This document shows positions 39,456 through 50,101 of a stretch of 64,000 nt of DNA, one piece after another. The first letter of the stretch is position 1, and each line of letters starts with the position of its first letter. Location: assembly GCA_965215195.1 (NCBI GenBank), contig CBDCDC010000002.1, positions 1,408,001 to 1,472,000 on the forward strand, in the 5' to 3' direction. The notes under the pieces were generated by a model. That model saw only the letters and a list, made by a program, of their open reading frames with translations, was not told the DNA's origin and did not search any database. This DNA comes from Candidatus Latescibacterota bacterium. Lineage in GTDB: Bacteria; Latescibacterota; UBA2968; UBA8231. Made by a program: the position numbers and the translations under genes.

Positions 39456-42176
39456 ATGAGCGAAAAAGTTCTCTTCCTGCTCGATGGCATGGCGTTGGTC
39501 TATCGGGGTCATTTCGCCCTGATCCGCAACCCGCGCCTGACTTCAAAGGGCATGAACACTTCAGCCGTTTTTACCTTTGCCAACACCTTGCTCTCCATTA
39601 TCGAAAAGGGCGCGCCCACGCATATCGCCGCCGTCTTCGACACACCGGAGCCTACCCACCGACACCGCAAGTACGAAGAGTACAAAGCCCAGCGCGAGGC
39701 GATGCCCGAGGATCTGAGCCAAGCACTGCCGTACGTATTCCGGCTCTGCGAGGCGTTTAATGTCCCGGTCTTGCGCGCCCCCGGGTGGGAGGCCGACGAC
39801 GTGATCGGCACCTTGGCCAAAAAGGCCGAGGCCGAGGGATTTGCGACCTACATGGTCACGTCCGACAAGGACTACGGCCAGCTCGTTTCCGAGCAGAGCT
39901 TTATGTACAAGCCGGGGCGCGGCGGCGACCAAGCCGAGGTTTTGGGGGTGCCGGAAATTCTCGCACAATGGCAGATCGAGCAGATCGACCAAGTAGTTGA
40001 CGTGCTGGGGCTGATGGGCGATTCGTCGGACAATGTGCCCGGCGTACCTGGGATCGGTCCCAAGACAGCGCAAAAGCTCATCGCCCAGTACGGCAGCATC
40101 GAAGAGCTGCTGGCCCACTCCGACCAACTCAAGGGCAAGCAGAAACAGAACGTAGAGGAATACCGGGAACAGGCCCTGCTCTCCAAGGAGCTAGTTACCA
40201 TTGAGTGCAATGTGCCACTGGACGTGGGGCTGGCGGATTTGGCCAAGGCCGAGTGGGACCGCCAGAAGCTAGAGGCCCTCTTCACCGAGCTCGAATTCAA
40301 TACGCTGGGCAAGCGGCTTCTCGGCGACGAGTTTAGCACCGAAAGGGAACCGGCCCACGGCCCGCTCAAAGAAGTGGCCGATGTGGAGCACGACTATCAA
40401 CTCGTTGCTGCGCCCGACGAGCGGCGGGCGTTGATCGCGGCGCTTTTGCAGCAGTTGGCGTTTTGCTTCGACTGCGAGACCGATGGTCTCGACGCCCGGC
40501 AGTGCAATCTGATTGGCTTGGCCTTTTCGTGGGCACCGGGCAGCGGCTACTACGTGCCGCTGCCCCGCGACCGGCAAGAGCGGCGGGCCGTTTTGCAAGA
40601 ATTCCGCCCGGCCTTTGAAAACGGGGCGAGCGAAAAGATCGGACACAACCTCAAGTACGATCTCAGTGTACTCCGCTGGCACGGCATGCGGGTGGAAGGG
40701 CCTTTCTTCGACACGATGCTGGCGGCGACCTTGGCCGAGCCAGAGTTGAGACGCAGCATGGACGAGCTGGCCAAAAGCCTGCTCTCCTACGCGCCCAAGC
40801 CCATCTCCGCGTTGATCGGCGAGCGCGGTGCTGAGCAGCTAACGCTCTTGCAGGTGCCGCTGGAGCAAGTGGCCGAGTACGCCTGCGAGGACGCGGACAT
40901 CACCTTCCAGCTCGCCGCGGCCCTGCGGCCCAAAATCGCAGCCATGGACCAGCACCAAGTATTCTACGAGATCGAAGCCCCGCTCCTGCCGGTGCTGGTG
41001 GATATGGAATTCGAGGGCATCCGCATGGAAACGGCGGCCCTCTCCGCGCTCTCGCGGCAGTTTGAGGAGGCCATCGAACAGGCTGCTGAGCGCGTCTTTG
41101 CGCTGGCCGGGGAGCGCTTCAACCTCAATTCGGGCAACCAGCTAGGCACCATTCTCTTTGAGAAGATGGCGCTGGATCCCAATGCGCGGCGGACGCAAAA
41201 GACCGGCCAGTACCAGACGAGCGAACAGGTCTTGCGTCGGCTGTCCCATCGCCACGAAATCGCGCGGCAGGTGCTCAACTACCGCTTGCACACCAAGCTC
41301 AAGTCGACGTATGTCGATCAGTTGCCCAGCGCGGTCTATAAGGGGCGCGTCCACACCAATTACGAGCAGCTAATGACCGCGACCGGGCGCATGAAGTCCG
41401 ACCGCCCGAACCTCCAGAACATCCCCATCCGCAGCGAGCAAGGGCGGGAAATTCGCCGCGCCTTTGTGCCGCGCAGCGAGGAGTACGTGCTCTTTTCGGC
41501 GGACTATTCGCAGATAGAGTTGCGGATTACCGCTGCGCTCAGCCGCGATGCGGGGATGCTGCAAACCTTTCGCAGCGGCGGCGACATTCACGTGGCTACG
41601 GCCATGCGGATTTACCAAGTCGCCGAGGACCAAGTGACCGCCCAGATGCGGCGTCAGGCTAAGACGGTCAACTTTGGCATCATCTACGGGATCTCGCCCT
41701 TTGGCTTGGCCGAGCGGCTCGACATTTCTCGCGGCGCGGCTGCCGAGCAGATCGAGCAGTACTTCGCCCAGTACCCCGGAGTGCAGAATTATATTGACGA
41801 GACCGTGGCGTTTGCCCGCGACAAGGGCTACGTCGAAACGGTGACCGGGCGGCGGCGCTATCTGCGCGACATCAACTCGCGCAATGCCACCACCCGCAAA
41901 GGCGCCGAGCGCAACGCCATCAATACCCGCATTCAGGGTACGGCCGCCGACATGATCAAGCTGGCGATGAGCCGCATCCACCGCCTGCTCCGCGAGGAGG
42001 GGTTTCGCTCGGCCCTGCTGTTGCAGGTCCACGACGAGTTGGTCTTTGACCTGCACCAAGACGAGCTAGAGACCCTGCCGCCGCTAGTCGCACGCGAGAT
42101 GCGCGAGGCCCTGCCGATGGAGGTGCCGATAGAAATCGAGATGGGCACTGGAGAGAATTGGCTGGAGGCGCATTGA
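39456..42176 (+). CDS. polA: DNA polymerase I
   Basis: LLDG..LVYR, EADDVIG, GDSSDNVPGVPGIGPKTA, DCET, PNLQNIP, ADYSQIELR, KTVNFGIIYG, QGTAAD, QVHDEL; start ATG 39456. Confidence 0.97.
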   Translation: MSEKVLFLLDGMALVYRGHFALIRNPRLTSKGMNTSAVFTFANTLLSIIEKGAPTHIAAVFDTPEPTHRHRKYEEYKAQREAMPEDLSQALPYVFRLCEAFNVPVLRAPGWEADDVIGTLAKKAEAEGFATYMVTSDKDYGQLVSEQSFMYKPGRGGDQAEVLGVPEILAQWQIEQIDQVVDVLGLMGDSSDNVPGVPGIGPKTAQKLIAQYGSIEELLAHSDQLKGKQKQNVEEYREQALLSKELVTIECNVPLDVGLADLAKAEWDRQKLEALFTELEFNTLGKRLLGDEFSTEREPAHGPLKEVADVEHDYQLVAAPDERRALIAALLQQLAFCFDCETDGLDARQCNLIGLAFSWAPGSGYYVPLPRDRQERRAVLQEFRPAFENGASEKIGHNLKYDLSVLRWHGMRVEGPFFDTMLAATLAEPELRRSMDELAKSLLSYAPKPISALIGERGAEQLTLLQVPLEQVAEYACEDADITFQLAAALRPKIAAMDQHQVFYEIEAPLLPVLVDMEFEGIRMETAALSALSRQFEEAIEQAAERVFALAGERFNLNSGNQLGTILFEKMALDPNARRTQKTGQYQTSEQVLRRLSHRHEIARQVLNYRLHTKLKSTYVDQLPSAVYKGRVHTNYEQLMTATGRMKSDRPNLQNIPIRSEQGREIRRAFVPRSEEYVLFSADYSQIELRITAALSRDAGMLQTFRSGGDIHVATAMRIYQVAEDQVTAQMRRQAKTVNFGIIYGISPFGLAERLDISRGAAAEQIEQYFAQYPGVQNYIDETVAFARDKGYVETVTGRRRYLRDINSRNATTRKGAERNAINTRIQGTAADMIKLAMSRIHRLLREEGFRSALLLQVHDELVFDLHQDELETLPPLVAREMREALPMEVPIEIEMGTGENWLEAH

Positions 42177-42327
42177 GAGGCCGAGCGATCTGTTCATCTA
42201 CCTACCGAAGTTCCTGTTGGCGGACAGGCTGCCCGCGCTCCCAGCAGACCCGGAATGGTACGACCGCTTCTAAGCTATTGATTACATGCGGCAAAGTATG
42301 GCAAGTGCGTCTGCGGAGGGGCGCAAA

Positions 42328-44433
42328 ATGACCGAATACTCAGCGTCTAAAAAGATCAAGCCATCATCCGGCCTTGTGCGCGATGTGCGCCAATTGACGC
42401 TGGACGAACTGATTCGCCCGCGGCAAACGGAACACAGTCTCAGTATAGATCGCGCCTTCCCCGAGGAATTTGTCAACGACCTTTCCCGTCAGGAGGTGTT
42501 CAACAAACATCTCTTTCGGCCAAACACGTACCTACACAAGTGGTGGGCGCGGCGGTGCGGATCCACGTTTCGCACCATACTCAAGCAATTTGCAGCCAAC
42601 CGCGAGTGCCGCGATTACTACGCGCCTGGCGGCCTCGAAGGCATAACCGTGCTCGACCCAATGATGGGCGGCGGCACGACTCTGCACGAGGCGATTCGCC
42701 TCGGCGCGAACGTCGTCGGCGCGGATATCGACCCCATCCCGATTGTGCAGGCCCGAGCGTCGCTCACGCAGGTTGAGTTGACGAGTTTGCGAGCGGCTTT
42801 CAATGGGTTCTTCGCCGATCTGCACAATAGCTTGGGGCCTTATTTCCAGACCGAATGTCCAGTCTGCGAGCAGACTGGGGATATCCAGTATGTGCTACAC
42901 GGGCTGCGTAAAAAGTGCGCTTGTCGGAATGTCGTGCAGATTGACCAGTGCGATTTGCGACACGAAGACGACGCAAAAATCAGCATTTGCCCTGAGAGCT
43001 GGAAAATTTATCGCAAGCAAAATGGGCAACAGGACGCCGTCGCAACGCTATCTTCGCCGACCAGAACGGTCGGTGCAACCGCGAATCTGATTACCAAAAC
43101 CGAAAAAGAGTGTCCTATCTGCGGTCAGCAGTACGAGGAACGGCTCGACTTGCCGTTTTATGCGCGCTATACGCCGATTGCGATTGTTGCGGCCTGCCCT
43201 GAGCACGGCAACTTTTTTCGCTCGCCTAGTGAAGAGGATTTAGCGCGAATTGAGCGGGCCGACGAGCGGCGCAGCGAACTGGATTTCGGGCCGCTGGAGG
43301 ATTTCAAGGTGCATGACGGCCCCAAGTCCGGCGACCTGCTAAGGCACAATGTGCGTTCGTACCTCGATGTCTTTTCATCCCGTCAGCTACTGTACTTGCA
43401 TCAAGCGATTCGGCAACTGCGCGACTACGCGGGCATAGATAGACTCACCCTCGGGATGCTTGTGTCCACATCTTTAGAGTTCAATGCAATGCTCTGTGGG
43501 TACAAGGGTTGGTACAAACGCCGTCCGGGCGCGATTCGGCACGTTTTCGCTTTGCACGCTTACTCGTTCCAATACACGGTGCTGGAGAACAACCCGGTCA
43601 ATCCTCGCAAGTCGTCCGGCAACCTGCAATTGCTCTTTCGCGACCGGATTGAGCGGGGGCGCAAGTGGTCGGTATTGCCCGTTGAACGGAAAATTGGCGA
43701 AGGCGGCAAAAGGCAGTTAGTCAAGATACCGGGAGAAGTGGATGACGGCCTTGAGGTTTGCACTCAGGCTGAACTCGTGCGCGATCGGAGCCGGTTTTGG
43801 CTCATTCAGGGCGATTCGCAGAGCTTGCCCCTCAACGACCATTCCGTAGATGTAATCGCGACCGATCCGCCTTATTACGACAGTGTGCAATACAGCAATT
43901 TAGCGGCCTTTTTTCGGGTGTGGCTGACGCGCCTGCTTCCCGACGAGGCCGAGTGGAATTACGACGAATCCGGTAGTGCTGTGGCGACAAAAGCGACCAC
44001 TGGCGTCAGCAATTTCATGAGGGTACTCGCGGGAATTTTCGCAGAGTGCGGGCGCGTACTAAAGAAACAGAGCGGACGGATGGTATTTACTTTTCACCAC
44101 TGGGATCCCAAGGCGTGGGCCGAGCTCACGTTGGCCCTCAAAAGCGCCGGGTTTAGGCTGATGAACGCTTACGTAGTGTACTCCGAACATCCTATCTCAG
44201 TACACATTCGCAACTTGAACTCAATCCGGCACGACAGCATTTTGGTTTTCGCTCTCGACGGCAACAGCCCTTCTACTCCGTGGACGCCCTTAGACGCTAT
44301 TGACACCAATGACAGCGAAACGTTTTGCCGACAATGCGGCGCAACGTTGGGCTGGTTGTTGGAAAGTGCATTCTCGCCGGCCGAAGTTCGCGCCGCTTGG
44401 AAAAGTCTCATGCGAGAAGACTCTGATGGCTGA
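42328..44433 (+). CDS. Amino-group DNA methyltransferase with Zn-ribbon insertions (DUF1156-like)
   Basis: HKWWARR, LDPMMGGGTT, several CxxC pairs, TDPPYYD, RVLK, VFTFHH. Confidence 0.88.
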   Translation: MTEYSASKKIKPSSGLVRDVRQLTLDELIRPRQTEHSLSIDRAFPEEFVNDLSRQEVFNKHLFRPNTYLHKWWARRCGSTFRTILKQFAANRECRDYYAPGGLEGITVLDPMMGGGTTLHEAIRLGANVVGADIDPIPIVQARASLTQVELTSLRAAFNGFFADLHNSLGPYFQTECPVCEQTGDIQYVLHGLRKKCACRNVVQIDQCDLRHEDDAKISICPESWKIYRKQNGQQDAVATLSSPTRTVGATANLITKTEKECPICGQQYEERLDLPFYARYTPIAIVAACPEHGNFFRSPSEEDLARIERADERRSELDFGPLEDFKVHDGPKSGDLLRHNVRSYLDVFSSRQLLYLHQAIRQLRDYAGIDRLTLGMLVSTSLEFNAMLCGYKGWYKRRPGAIRHVFALHAYSFQYTVLENNPVNPRKSSGNLQLLFRDRIERGRKWSVLPVERKIGEGGKRQLVKIPGEVDDGLEVCTQAELVRDRSRFWLIQGDSQSLPLNDHSVDVIATDPPYYDSVQYSNLAAFFRVWLTRLLPDEAEWNYDESGSAVATKATTGVSNFMRVLAGIFAECGRVLKKQSGRMVFTFHHWDPKAWAELTLALKSAGFRLMNAYVVYSEHPISVHIRNLNSIRHDSILVFALDGNSPSTPWTPLDAIDTNDSETFCRQCGATLGWLLESAFSPAEVRAAWKSLMREDSDG

Positions 44434-44533
44434 GAACTTGGGCAGACGGCCGGCGGAAATTTTTGGAGTTGGATGGAACCCTCGTGGTTGCCCAACGACC
44501 AACGCGACGACACACAACCGAGAAAGGCACTAA
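44426..44533 (+). pseudogene. N-terminal stub of a probable restriction endonuclease (NotI-like start)
   Basis: ATG overlapping the methylase stop; MAENLGRRPAEIFG then degenerate sequence. Confidence 0.4.
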
Positions 44534-44538
44534 CAATA

Positions 44539-45588
44539 ATGGGCGAGCGCAGCCGCGGCTTTGGCAGCGACAATCACGCCGGGGTCCACCCCGAGGTCAT
44601 GGCGGCCTTACAGCGAGTCAACGTGGGGCACGTACATTCCTATGGGAACGACCCCCACACCGCTGCAGCCGTCGCGCTTTTTCGCGAGGTGTTGGGCGCG
44701 GAGGTAGAGGTCTTCTTTGCGTTCAACGGCACCGGGGCCAATGTCACGGCCCTTTCCGCAGTCACGCGCTTTTACGACGCGGTGATCTGCTCGGACACCG
44801 CGCATCTCCACATCGACGAATGCGGTGCCCCCGAACAGGTGGCCGGCGTCAAGCTCCTGACCGCGCCCGCGCCCGACGGCAAAATCACCCCCGAAGGAAT
44901 CGCCGCCCACATTGCGGCTCGCGGCGACGAGCACCAAGTGCGCCCCCGCGTAGTGTCGATTACTCAAGCTACCGAACTAGGCACTGTCTATGCGCCGAGC
45001 GAGATTCGCGCCCTCGCCGACTGCGCCCACGAGCACGGGCTGCTCCTGCACGTCGATGGGGCGCGGATCGCCAACGCAGCCGTGGGCTTGGGGCTGGAAT
45101 TGCGGGAGATTACCGGGGATTGCGGGGTTGATGTACTGTCGTTTGGCGGCACCAAGAACGGCCTGATGCTGGGGGAAGCCGTGGTCTTTTTTCAGCCTGA
45201 GTTGGCCGAGCACTATCGCCGGGCGCGCAAGCAGGGGATGCAACTGGCCTCTAAGATGCGCTTTGTCGCCGCGCAGTTTACGGCCCTGTTGACTGACGAT
45301 CTATGGCGTCGGAGCGCCCAGCACGCCAACGCCATGGCGCAGGTGCTGGCCGAGCGCGTGCGACCCATTCGCGGGGTGGAAGTGATCTACCCCGTGCAGG
45401 CCAACGCCATCTTCGCCCGGTTGCCGACAGAAGTGATTCCCAGCTTGCAGCAGGAATTTTTCTTTTATCCTTGGAATGCCACGCGAGGCGAAGTGCGCTG
45501 GATGACCTCGTTTGACACCGAGGAAGAAGACATAGAGGCGTTTGCGACCCTAATCGAAAAAACCATGACAGAAAGGAACGCATCGTGA
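44539..45588 (+). CDS. ltaE: Low-specificity L-threonine aldolase
   Basis: FGSDN, YGND, NGTGAN, AH...DECGAPE, ITQATELGTVY, HVDGARIAN, FGGTKNG, SKMRF. Confidence 0.92.
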   Translation: MGERSRGFGSDNHAGVHPEVMAALQRVNVGHVHSYGNDPHTAAAVALFREVLGAEVEVFFAFNGTGANVTALSAVTRFYDAVICSDTAHLHIDECGAPEQVAGVKLLTAPAPDGKITPEGIAAHIAARGDEHQVRPRVVSITQATELGTVYAPSEIRALADCAHEHGLLLHVDGARIANAAVGLGLELREITGDCGVDVLSFGGTKNGLMLGEAVVFFQPELAEHYRRARKQGMQLASKMRFVAAQFTALLTDDLWRRSAQHANAMAQVLAERVRPIRGVEVIYPVQANAIFARLPTEVIPSLQQEFFFYPWNATRGEVRWMTSFDTEEEDIEAFATLIEKTMTERNAS

Positions 45589-46418
45589 TCATCGACACCC
45601 ATACCCATTTCTACGATCCCACGCGGCCCGAAGGAGTCCCTTGGCCACCGGCCGACAACGCGCTGCTCTACCGCCCGGTATTGCCCGAGCACCACCGCGC
45701 CCTCGCCGCGCCCGAAGGGGTGACCGGGACGGTGGTGGTAGAGGCCAGTGCATGGCTGGCAGACAATCAGTGGATTCTAAATTTGGCCGCTGACGACCCG
45801 TGGATCGTCGGGCTGGTGGGCCACGTCGATCCCAACCGCACGGCCTTCCAAGGCGACATCGACCGCCTTGCGGCAAACGCGCTCTTCCGCGGCATTCGCT
45901 GCGGCAGCGGGTATTTTGCCGACTTGCAGGCCGGGTCTTTTCTCGCCGACATGGAGCACCTCGTCGCGCGGGATTTGCAACTCGACGCGCTAGTGGGGCC
46001 GGCTGACTTGGCCCAAGTGGCCGAACTGGCCCGGTGCCTGCCCGAACTGCGCATCGTCATCAACCACTGCGGCGGGGTCGGGACCGATGGCGGCGATCCC
46101 GATTCGGCGTGGTTAGACGCCATAGCCCAAGCGGCTGAGCAGCCGCAGGTCTTTATGAAGGTCTCGGCGATAATGGAGCAAAGCAGGGTGGATCCGGCAC
46201 CGGAAGAGTTGGACTTCTATCGCCCGATCCTCGACGCAATGTGGGACGCCTTTGGCGCAGACCGCGTGATCTACGGCAGCAATTGGCCCGTCAGCGACCG
46301 GGCGGGCAGTTTCAAGGCCGCCATTTCCATTGTCAAAGCGTACTTTGGCGAAAAGGGCGCGGCCGAGAACTATCTCTGGAAAAATGGCAAGACCGCCTAC
46401 AAGTGGTTAGACCGCTAA
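45585..46418 (+). CDS. Amidohydrolase family 2 (sugar lactonase-like)
   Basis: IIDTHTHF, VVVEAS, RGIR, VINH, MKVS, FG.DRV.YGSNWPV. Confidence 0.88.
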   Translation: MIIDTHTHFYDPTRPEGVPWPPADNALLYRPVLPEHHRALAAPEGVTGTVVVEASAWLADNQWILNLAADDPWIVGLVGHVDPNRTAFQGDIDRLAANALFRGIRCGSGYFADLQAGSFLADMEHLVARDLQLDALVGPADLAQVAELARCLPELRIVINHCGGVGTDGGDPDSAWLDAIAQAAEQPQVFMKVSAIMEQSRVDPAPEELDFYRPILDAMWDAFGADRVIYGSNWPVSDRAGSFKAAISIVKAYFGEKGAAENYLWKNGKTAYKWLDR

Positions 46419-46428
46419 GGAGGCCATT

Positions 46429-47733
46429 GTGAAATTCTGGGTTTTCACCCACAGCGACCAGCCCCTCGAACACTGGCTCGAAGGCTACCAGCAGCGCTTC
46501 GACGCTTGGGAAGAAGGCGGCGTAGAAGGCATTATTGTCGGCCGCATGCAGTTTAAGCAGGACGATGGCTCGGTGCTCCCCAGCTATCCGGCCAATCCCC
46601 AGCTCTACGCTGAGCACGGCGTCGAGCCGCCGGAGGAGACGCCCCGCGACCTAGCAAAAGAAAAAAAGCTCCAAGCCATGATGGACGACGCAGCCGTGCG
46701 CGGCTGGCAGATTATGACCTTTGGCATGGGTCGCGGTGGGTTGGTCGGGCTGGAGGACTTGATCGCGTTCTACCCCCAAGTAAAAGGCGTCATTATCGAC
46801 GGCCCCGGCGAAAACCACTACGAGCTAGCGTTCCACCACGGCGGGGAGCTTTTGGAACTCCGACCCGGTGAAGATCAGCTCTTTGCCGGCATGGGAGCCG
46901 ATGTCGGGCGGATGCAGCGCGGCATCGACCATCTGCGGCAGGCCCTGTGTCGGCTGACGCCCCAGCGGGTGCGCTACCTCGCCCAAGGCGGCCTCTTTTC
47001 AGTGCTGAACTTAATCGACCTCAACGAGGACGGGCTGTATTGGTTGCGGATGCGGCAGGAGAAGTCGCGCCGCGCTTGGGAAGACGCTCGCGCAATCGTC
47101 GATCGGGCCTCGCGCAAGATCGAGCTGGGCGGCATTCCGCGCACGGCCGTCTTTTCTGGGTTGACCGGGCAGGACTACGAGCGGATGGCCGGATACTTCG
47201 ATTATATACTGCCCAAGCACTACTACTGGCATCGCGGGTTCGACGGCCTTTACGGCACGGTGGCGCGCTGGGTGCAGACGCTTGGGGCGTGGAATCCGGG
47301 GCTAACGGAAGAAGACGCTTTTGCCGTGATCGAGGCGCTTTTTGGCATCAAACTACCGCAGGTGCGGACGCTTTTTGACTTGGAGGCGGGCTTTCCCGAC
47401 GAGTTTTTCAGCGAAATCGTGTACGGCGAAACGCGCCGCGCCTTGGAGGCGGCCGGTGCCGACAAGGTGATTTGCTGGGTCTCGACTGGTCGCACGCCGC
47501 ACGCCGGCGATCCCATGCCCGCGCGCGATCTGCTCGGCATTTTGCGGGCGTCCGCGGCGGCCGGACTCAAGCGCTTCGTCTTTCACCCAGAGGGCATGGG
47601 CGCGTCCGAGTGGCGGGTTTTGACAAAGTTCTGCGGGACGCCGTGGCGCGAGGATCCGAGCGGGTATTGGCCTTCGGGCACTGAGAAGCCAGATGCCTTT
47701 AATGGGGGACGCAAGAAAACAGATCAGCACTGA
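46429..47733 (+). CDS. Conserved hypothetical protein
   Basis: 434-aa ORF with SD AAGGAGG and host codon usage; PKHYYWHRGFDG motif. Confidence 0.75.
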   Translation: MKFWVFTHSDQPLEHWLEGYQQRFDAWEEGGVEGIIVGRMQFKQDDGSVLPSYPANPQLYAEHGVEPPEETPRDLAKEKKLQAMMDDAAVRGWQIMTFGMGRGGLVGLEDLIAFYPQVKGVIIDGPGENHYELAFHHGGELLELRPGEDQLFAGMGADVGRMQRGIDHLRQALCRLTPQRVRYLAQGGLFSVLNLIDLNEDGLYWLRMRQEKSRRAWEDARAIVDRASRKIELGGIPRTAVFSGLTGQDYERMAGYFDYILPKHYYWHRGFDGLYGTVARWVQTLGAWNPGLTEEDAFAVIEALFGIKLPQVRTLFDLEAGFPDEFFSEIVYGETRRALEAAGADKVICWVSTGRTPHAGDPMPARDLLGILRASAAAGLKRFVFHPEGMGASEWRVLTKFCGTPWREDPSGYWPSGTEKPDAFNGGRKKTDQH

Positions 47734-47750
47734 GCACGCGGAGGTTGAAA

Positions 47751-48389
47751 ATGCACGACGCATGGAAGCCCATCTACTCGGCTTTAGTTACCGACATCAT
47801 GGATCAACTCGGCTACCGCGATCAGGCCATGACCCCGGATATCCGGCCCAGCCGGGCCGACGCCTTCATCGCCGGTCCGGCTCTCACCATTGACGCGTAC
47901 GCCGATACCGATCCCCACCCGGATCCCTACGGCCAAATTTTTGCCGCGTACGAGCAAGCCAGCCCGGGCGACGTTTTCGTCATCGCCACCAACGGCGAAG
48001 AGCGCTCCGGCCTGTGGGGCGAGCTCCTCTCCACGGCCGCCCAAGCTCGCGGCGTCAAATCCGTGCTCACCGACGGCTTGGTCCGCGACGTGCGCCAGAT
48101 GAACGCCATGGGCTACAACTGCTTCTGCAAAGGCTATTCGCCGCTCGACTCGGCTGGCCGCATCCTCGCCAAAACGATCAACCAACCCATCGCCTGCGGT
48201 GGCGTACAGGTTCACCCCGGCGATTTTATTCTAGCCGACTACGACGGCGTGGCCGTGATTCCGGCGGCGATCAAAGGCCAAGTCCACAAAAAGGCCATGG
48301 AAAAACTCGCCGGGGAAAACGTCGTGCGCGATGAACTCGCTGCGGGGCAGTCGCCGCGGGAGGTTTTTGATCGCTACGGGATACTGTGA
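47751..48389 (+). CDS. RraA family / HMG-CHA aldolase-like protein
   Basis: WGELL, DGLVRD, V.PGDFI.AD.DGV.VIP. Confidence 0.88.
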   Translation: MHDAWKPIYSALVTDIMDQLGYRDQAMTPDIRPSRADAFIAGPALTIDAYADTDPHPDPYGQIFAAYEQASPGDVFVIATNGEERSGLWGELLSTAAQARGVKSVLTDGLVRDVRQMNAMGYNCFCKGYSPLDSAGRILAKTINQPIACGGVQVHPGDFILADYDGVAVIPAAIKGQVHKKAMEKLAGENVVRDELAAGQSPREVFDRYGIL

Positions 48390-48430
48390 GGGGAAGGCGG
48401 TATTCTATAGGTGCCATTATCTAATGTGGC

Positions 48431-50101
48431 CTAGCTCTTTCGCGTTTCTAAGTGCGCCGGCAGCGATCCAACGATGGCCTGCTCTGAGTCTCCGTCCCAA
48501 AAAAAATACAGCCGAAAACAGCGGCGCACGTCCCGAGTGCTCCCCTTCTTTAGGTGCCGGTCGAGCAGGCGCGGCTGACCGGCGTAGCGCACTTTGTACA
48601 TGTCGCCGTGCTCTCCGTACCGCGTACCGGCAAAGGTTTGCGTTTCCTCTATGTTCAGGTCCAAACAAGCCTGCTTAAAAGCACTTACCTTAGAAGAGCC
48701 GAATCGCCGCATGGGAACGTAGTAATCGCGGAGCAAAAGCAGTGCTTTGTACAGGAAGGTGGGATCCTCGTATTTGCTTTTTTTCGCGGCGTTTCTGGCG
48801 CGTGGGAGCACTTCGACAACCCCCGCAAGGTGCTTGTTGCACCATTGCTCAAAGCCGTTCAGGCCGGTTGGAATCTCCGGCTCTTTGGGACTTGACCCGC
48901 TCGCGAGTGCCTTTTCGAGCATCTCCACGCGGGCGCGTAAGTTTCGCGCGCGTTGAGTCGTAGTCTCGGCCTTGGCTAAAGCGATGTCGCGCTCTTGCTC
49001 TATGGACTTGAGAACCCCTTCAAAGGTCTCTTCTAGCTCTTCGCGCTCGGATTGGAGCTCGCCGATTTGATCCTCGGCGAGTGCGAGCCTGTCTGCTATG
49101 GACGCATTGGCCGCCTTGGCCCGCTCTATGCGACGCTGCGATGCCAGCCGCCGAATTTTGGCAAAGGACGGAGGATCGCCGTCGGAATCCGGCCGCTCAA
49201 CCGTATCCTTTAGCACTCGGTCGGCTAAAAATTCCGCGTACTCATCAGGGCCTCCGTCCCAATTCTGAATGCGGCGGGCCACTGCCAATGGGTGTTGATA
49301 CGGTTCATCTACCTTGGGATTAAAATTCGGTCGATAGTTTCTGACGGCTCGATTGAATACGGAAAACTCCTTCCCCAGCTCATCGGTCAAGCGAAAGGTG
49401 GCAGGTGCCGTGATGATCGCTACATGGGCAACGCCAAATATCCTACTGCATAAAACTTCAATCGGGCAAGCTGCGTCCTTGACGCATGTGGAGCCTGCCG
49501 GTAAGGACGCGACAATGACAGCCGCCCGGCGCTTTGAGTCCCGAATCAGGTCGCGTAGCGCCAGAACGTCGTCGAGTTCAGAAACGAGCCATGGAGTCGC
49601 GTTTAGCAAACGACCATCTAGCGAGCCTATGCCAATGTTGGCGATTTGCCGGACGAAATCGGGAATGGACCGCTCGATGGGGATATCGGGACCGCGCCTA
49701 GTGCATACAAGGCGTGCGCTGACGGCGACCTTTCTGTCGGCTAACCGCTGTAGCCCAACCTCTGTAACCCAAGTGAGTTGCGGAACGGACTTGTCGGCGT
49801 CGTCGAGCCGCGCCCCCCAAATTTTCGGGTCATCCAATAACGCGGCCGCGGCGTACTGCGCCCCAATTTTCTCGGTCTCAAAGGATTGCCCGCTCCAAGC
49901 CTCCTCGGGCAGCCGTTGTCCAACTCGGTTGGCTATCCATTGCAAGACTTTCTGTTGGGCCGTTGCAAAGGGGTCGCTTCCATCGCATGTATGGACCTCG
50001 ATGGAGACTTGGCTGATCGGCACTACAGACGAGTACTGCTCCTGCATTCTCTTCTGCACGGGCCGCAACTGATCTTCCAATGATGTGTTGTACGGACTCA
50101 T
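48431..50101 (-). CDS. Hypothetical accessory protein: N-terminal domain, coiled coil, putative RelE-like C-terminal domain
   Basis: 556 aa, atypical codon usage; central heptad region; C-terminal HLKKG...RCFRLYFFWD...VGSLPAHL. Confidence 0.7.
   Translation of the reverse strand: MSPYNTSLEDQLRPVQKRMQEQYSSVVPISQVSIEVHTCDGSDPFATAQQKVLQWIANRVGQRLPEEAWSGQSFETEKIGAQYAAAALLDDPKIWGARLDDADKSVPQLTWVTEVGLQRLADRKVAVSARLVCTRRGPDIPIERSIPDFVRQIANIGIGSLDGRLLNATPWLVSELDDVLALRDLIRDSKRRAAVIVASLPAGSTCVKDAACPIEVLCSRIFGVAHVAIITAPATFRLTDELGKEFSVFNRAVRNYRPNFNPKVDEPYQHPLAVARRIQNWDGGPDEYAEFLADRVLKDTVERPDSDGDPPSFAKIRRLASQRRIERAKAANASIADRLALAEDQIGELQSEREELEETFEGVLKSIEQERDIALAKAETTTQRARNLRARVEMLEKALASGSSPKEPEIPTGLNGFEQWCNKHLAGVVEVLPRARNAAKKSKYEDPTFLYKALLLLRDYYVPMRRFGSSKVSAFKQACLDLNIEETQTFAGTRYGEHGDMYKVRYAGQPRLLDRHLKKGSTRDVRRCFRLYFFWDGDSEQAIVGSLPAHLETRKS

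Noticed and set aside
42181-42273. Possible C-terminal gene scrap (…FIYLPKFLLADRLPALPADPEWYDRF*) between polA and the methylase
   Set aside because: No start and no family recognised; at most a junction scar
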